64,000 nucleotides of DNA from an uncultured Eubacteriales bacterium (lineage in GTDB: Bacteria > Bacillota > Clostridia > TANB77 > CAG-508): the NCBI GenBank assembly GCA_902492015.1, contig CABUJR010000009.1:32344-96343 (forward strand), in the 5' to 3' direction. The position numbers and the translations under genes were made by a program. Every line of letters starts with the position of its first letter. The first letter of the stretch is position 1. Under the pieces are notes generated by a model. It was not told the origin of the DNA. It did not search any database and saw only the letters and a program-made list of their open reading frames with translations. This document shows, piece by piece, positions 63,624 through 64,000 of this stretch.

Positions 63624-64000
63624 TTATTCTATTTCATCATATTCATCTAAAAAATGATAAAATTTATCACCTTTTCTATAAGAAATGATTGTATCTAAAT
63701 TAACATTTTGTACACTATTAAAAATATTTATATCTATATTGTCATAATCTTTTTTCATATTTTTTATAAGTTGCTTCATTTCTTCTCTTTTAGATTTACC
63801 ATCTTCATTATAATTTGCATGATATTCTTCAGTAAATCTGCAAGCACATTCTATAAATTCTAACTTATTTCTATCTCTCCATGCTAAAATATCATCTTCT
63901 TTTACAAAATATAATGGTCTTATTAGTTCCATACCAGGGTGTGATGTGCTTTTAACTTTAGGCATCATAGTTTGCATTTGTGAACCATAAAACATTCCCA
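63624..64000 (-). CDS. PP-loop ATPase, TtcA-like tRNA thiolation enzyme, C-terminal part (5' end beyond the window)
   Basis: FYGSQMQTMMPKVKS...LIRPLYFVKEDDILAW...IECACRF resembles the C-terminal half of TtcA-family proteins. The frame stays open to the window edge. Confidence 0.6.
   Translation of the reverse strand, partial: GMFYGSQMQTMMPKVKSTSHPGMELIRPLYFVKEDDILAWRDRNKLEFIECACRFTEEYHANYNEDGKSKREEMKQLIKNMKKDYDNIDINIFNSVQNVNLDTIISYRKGDKFYHFLDEYDEIE

Noticed and set aside
1-64000. tRNA, rRNA, tmRNA, CRISPR arrays, IS elements, integrases or prophage genes.
   Set aside because: I found no GTTCGAATC-type T-arm contexts and no long G+C-rich RNA-like blocks other than 6435-6520. I also found no regularly spaced repeats and no transposase or recombinase motifs in any ORF. 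smpB/ssrA, which often follow rnr, are not present in this window.

Overview
Very AT-rich, gene-dense window. It looks like a low-GC Firmicute, probably a Clostridia-class anaerobic spore-former, judging from cotJABC, a flavodiiron FprA, an iron-type alcohol dehydrogenase, and the der-plsY-gpsA and secG-rnr contexts. Almost every gene from 1 to 48.1 kb and from 51.6 to 64 kb is on the minus strand. Only cotJABC and one membrane protein (48.3-51.4 kb) are on the plus strand. I saw no rRNA, tRNA, CRISPR array, transposase or integrase. Recognisable housekeeping genes: gpsA (partial), plsY, der, rpmF, dxr, rdgB, ispF-ispE-ispD, def, pepD, a ROK glucokinase, an RlmD-like methyltransferase, rnr, secG, tcdA, csoR-copA and a partial ttcA-like gene. 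Between them is an unusually dense set of small nucleotide-handling enzymes: 5 HD, 4 NUDIX, 3 HAM1/ITPase-like, 2 NT5C-like HAD, plus HIT, UDG-like, DHH, PHP, dCMP deaminase and a small alarmone synthetase. Candidates most worth follow-up: (1) a monocistronic 840-aa adenosine-deaminase-fold protein with a C-terminal SLOG/LOG-like domain (6600-9122), next to an alarmone-synthetase/HD bicistron. (2) A translationally coupled small-ORF / zeta-toxin-family kinase / PHP phosphoesterase operon (45990-48067). (3) An orphan G+C-rich, hairpin-dense intergenic island (about 6.22-6.59 kb) carrying a 66-nt dyad element that recurs in the rnr leader. (4) A G+C-richer single-gene insertion whose product has an R-x4-H motif (20.8-21.5 kb). 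Smaller items: a perfect 26-bp tandem duplication truncating a HIT gene upstream of a start-less nitroreductase frame, a frameshifted HAM1-like gene, and a copA-copZ in-frame fusion that keeps an internal RBS. All product calls come from motif recognition by eye, with no similarity search, so family-level calls are more reliable than specific functions.
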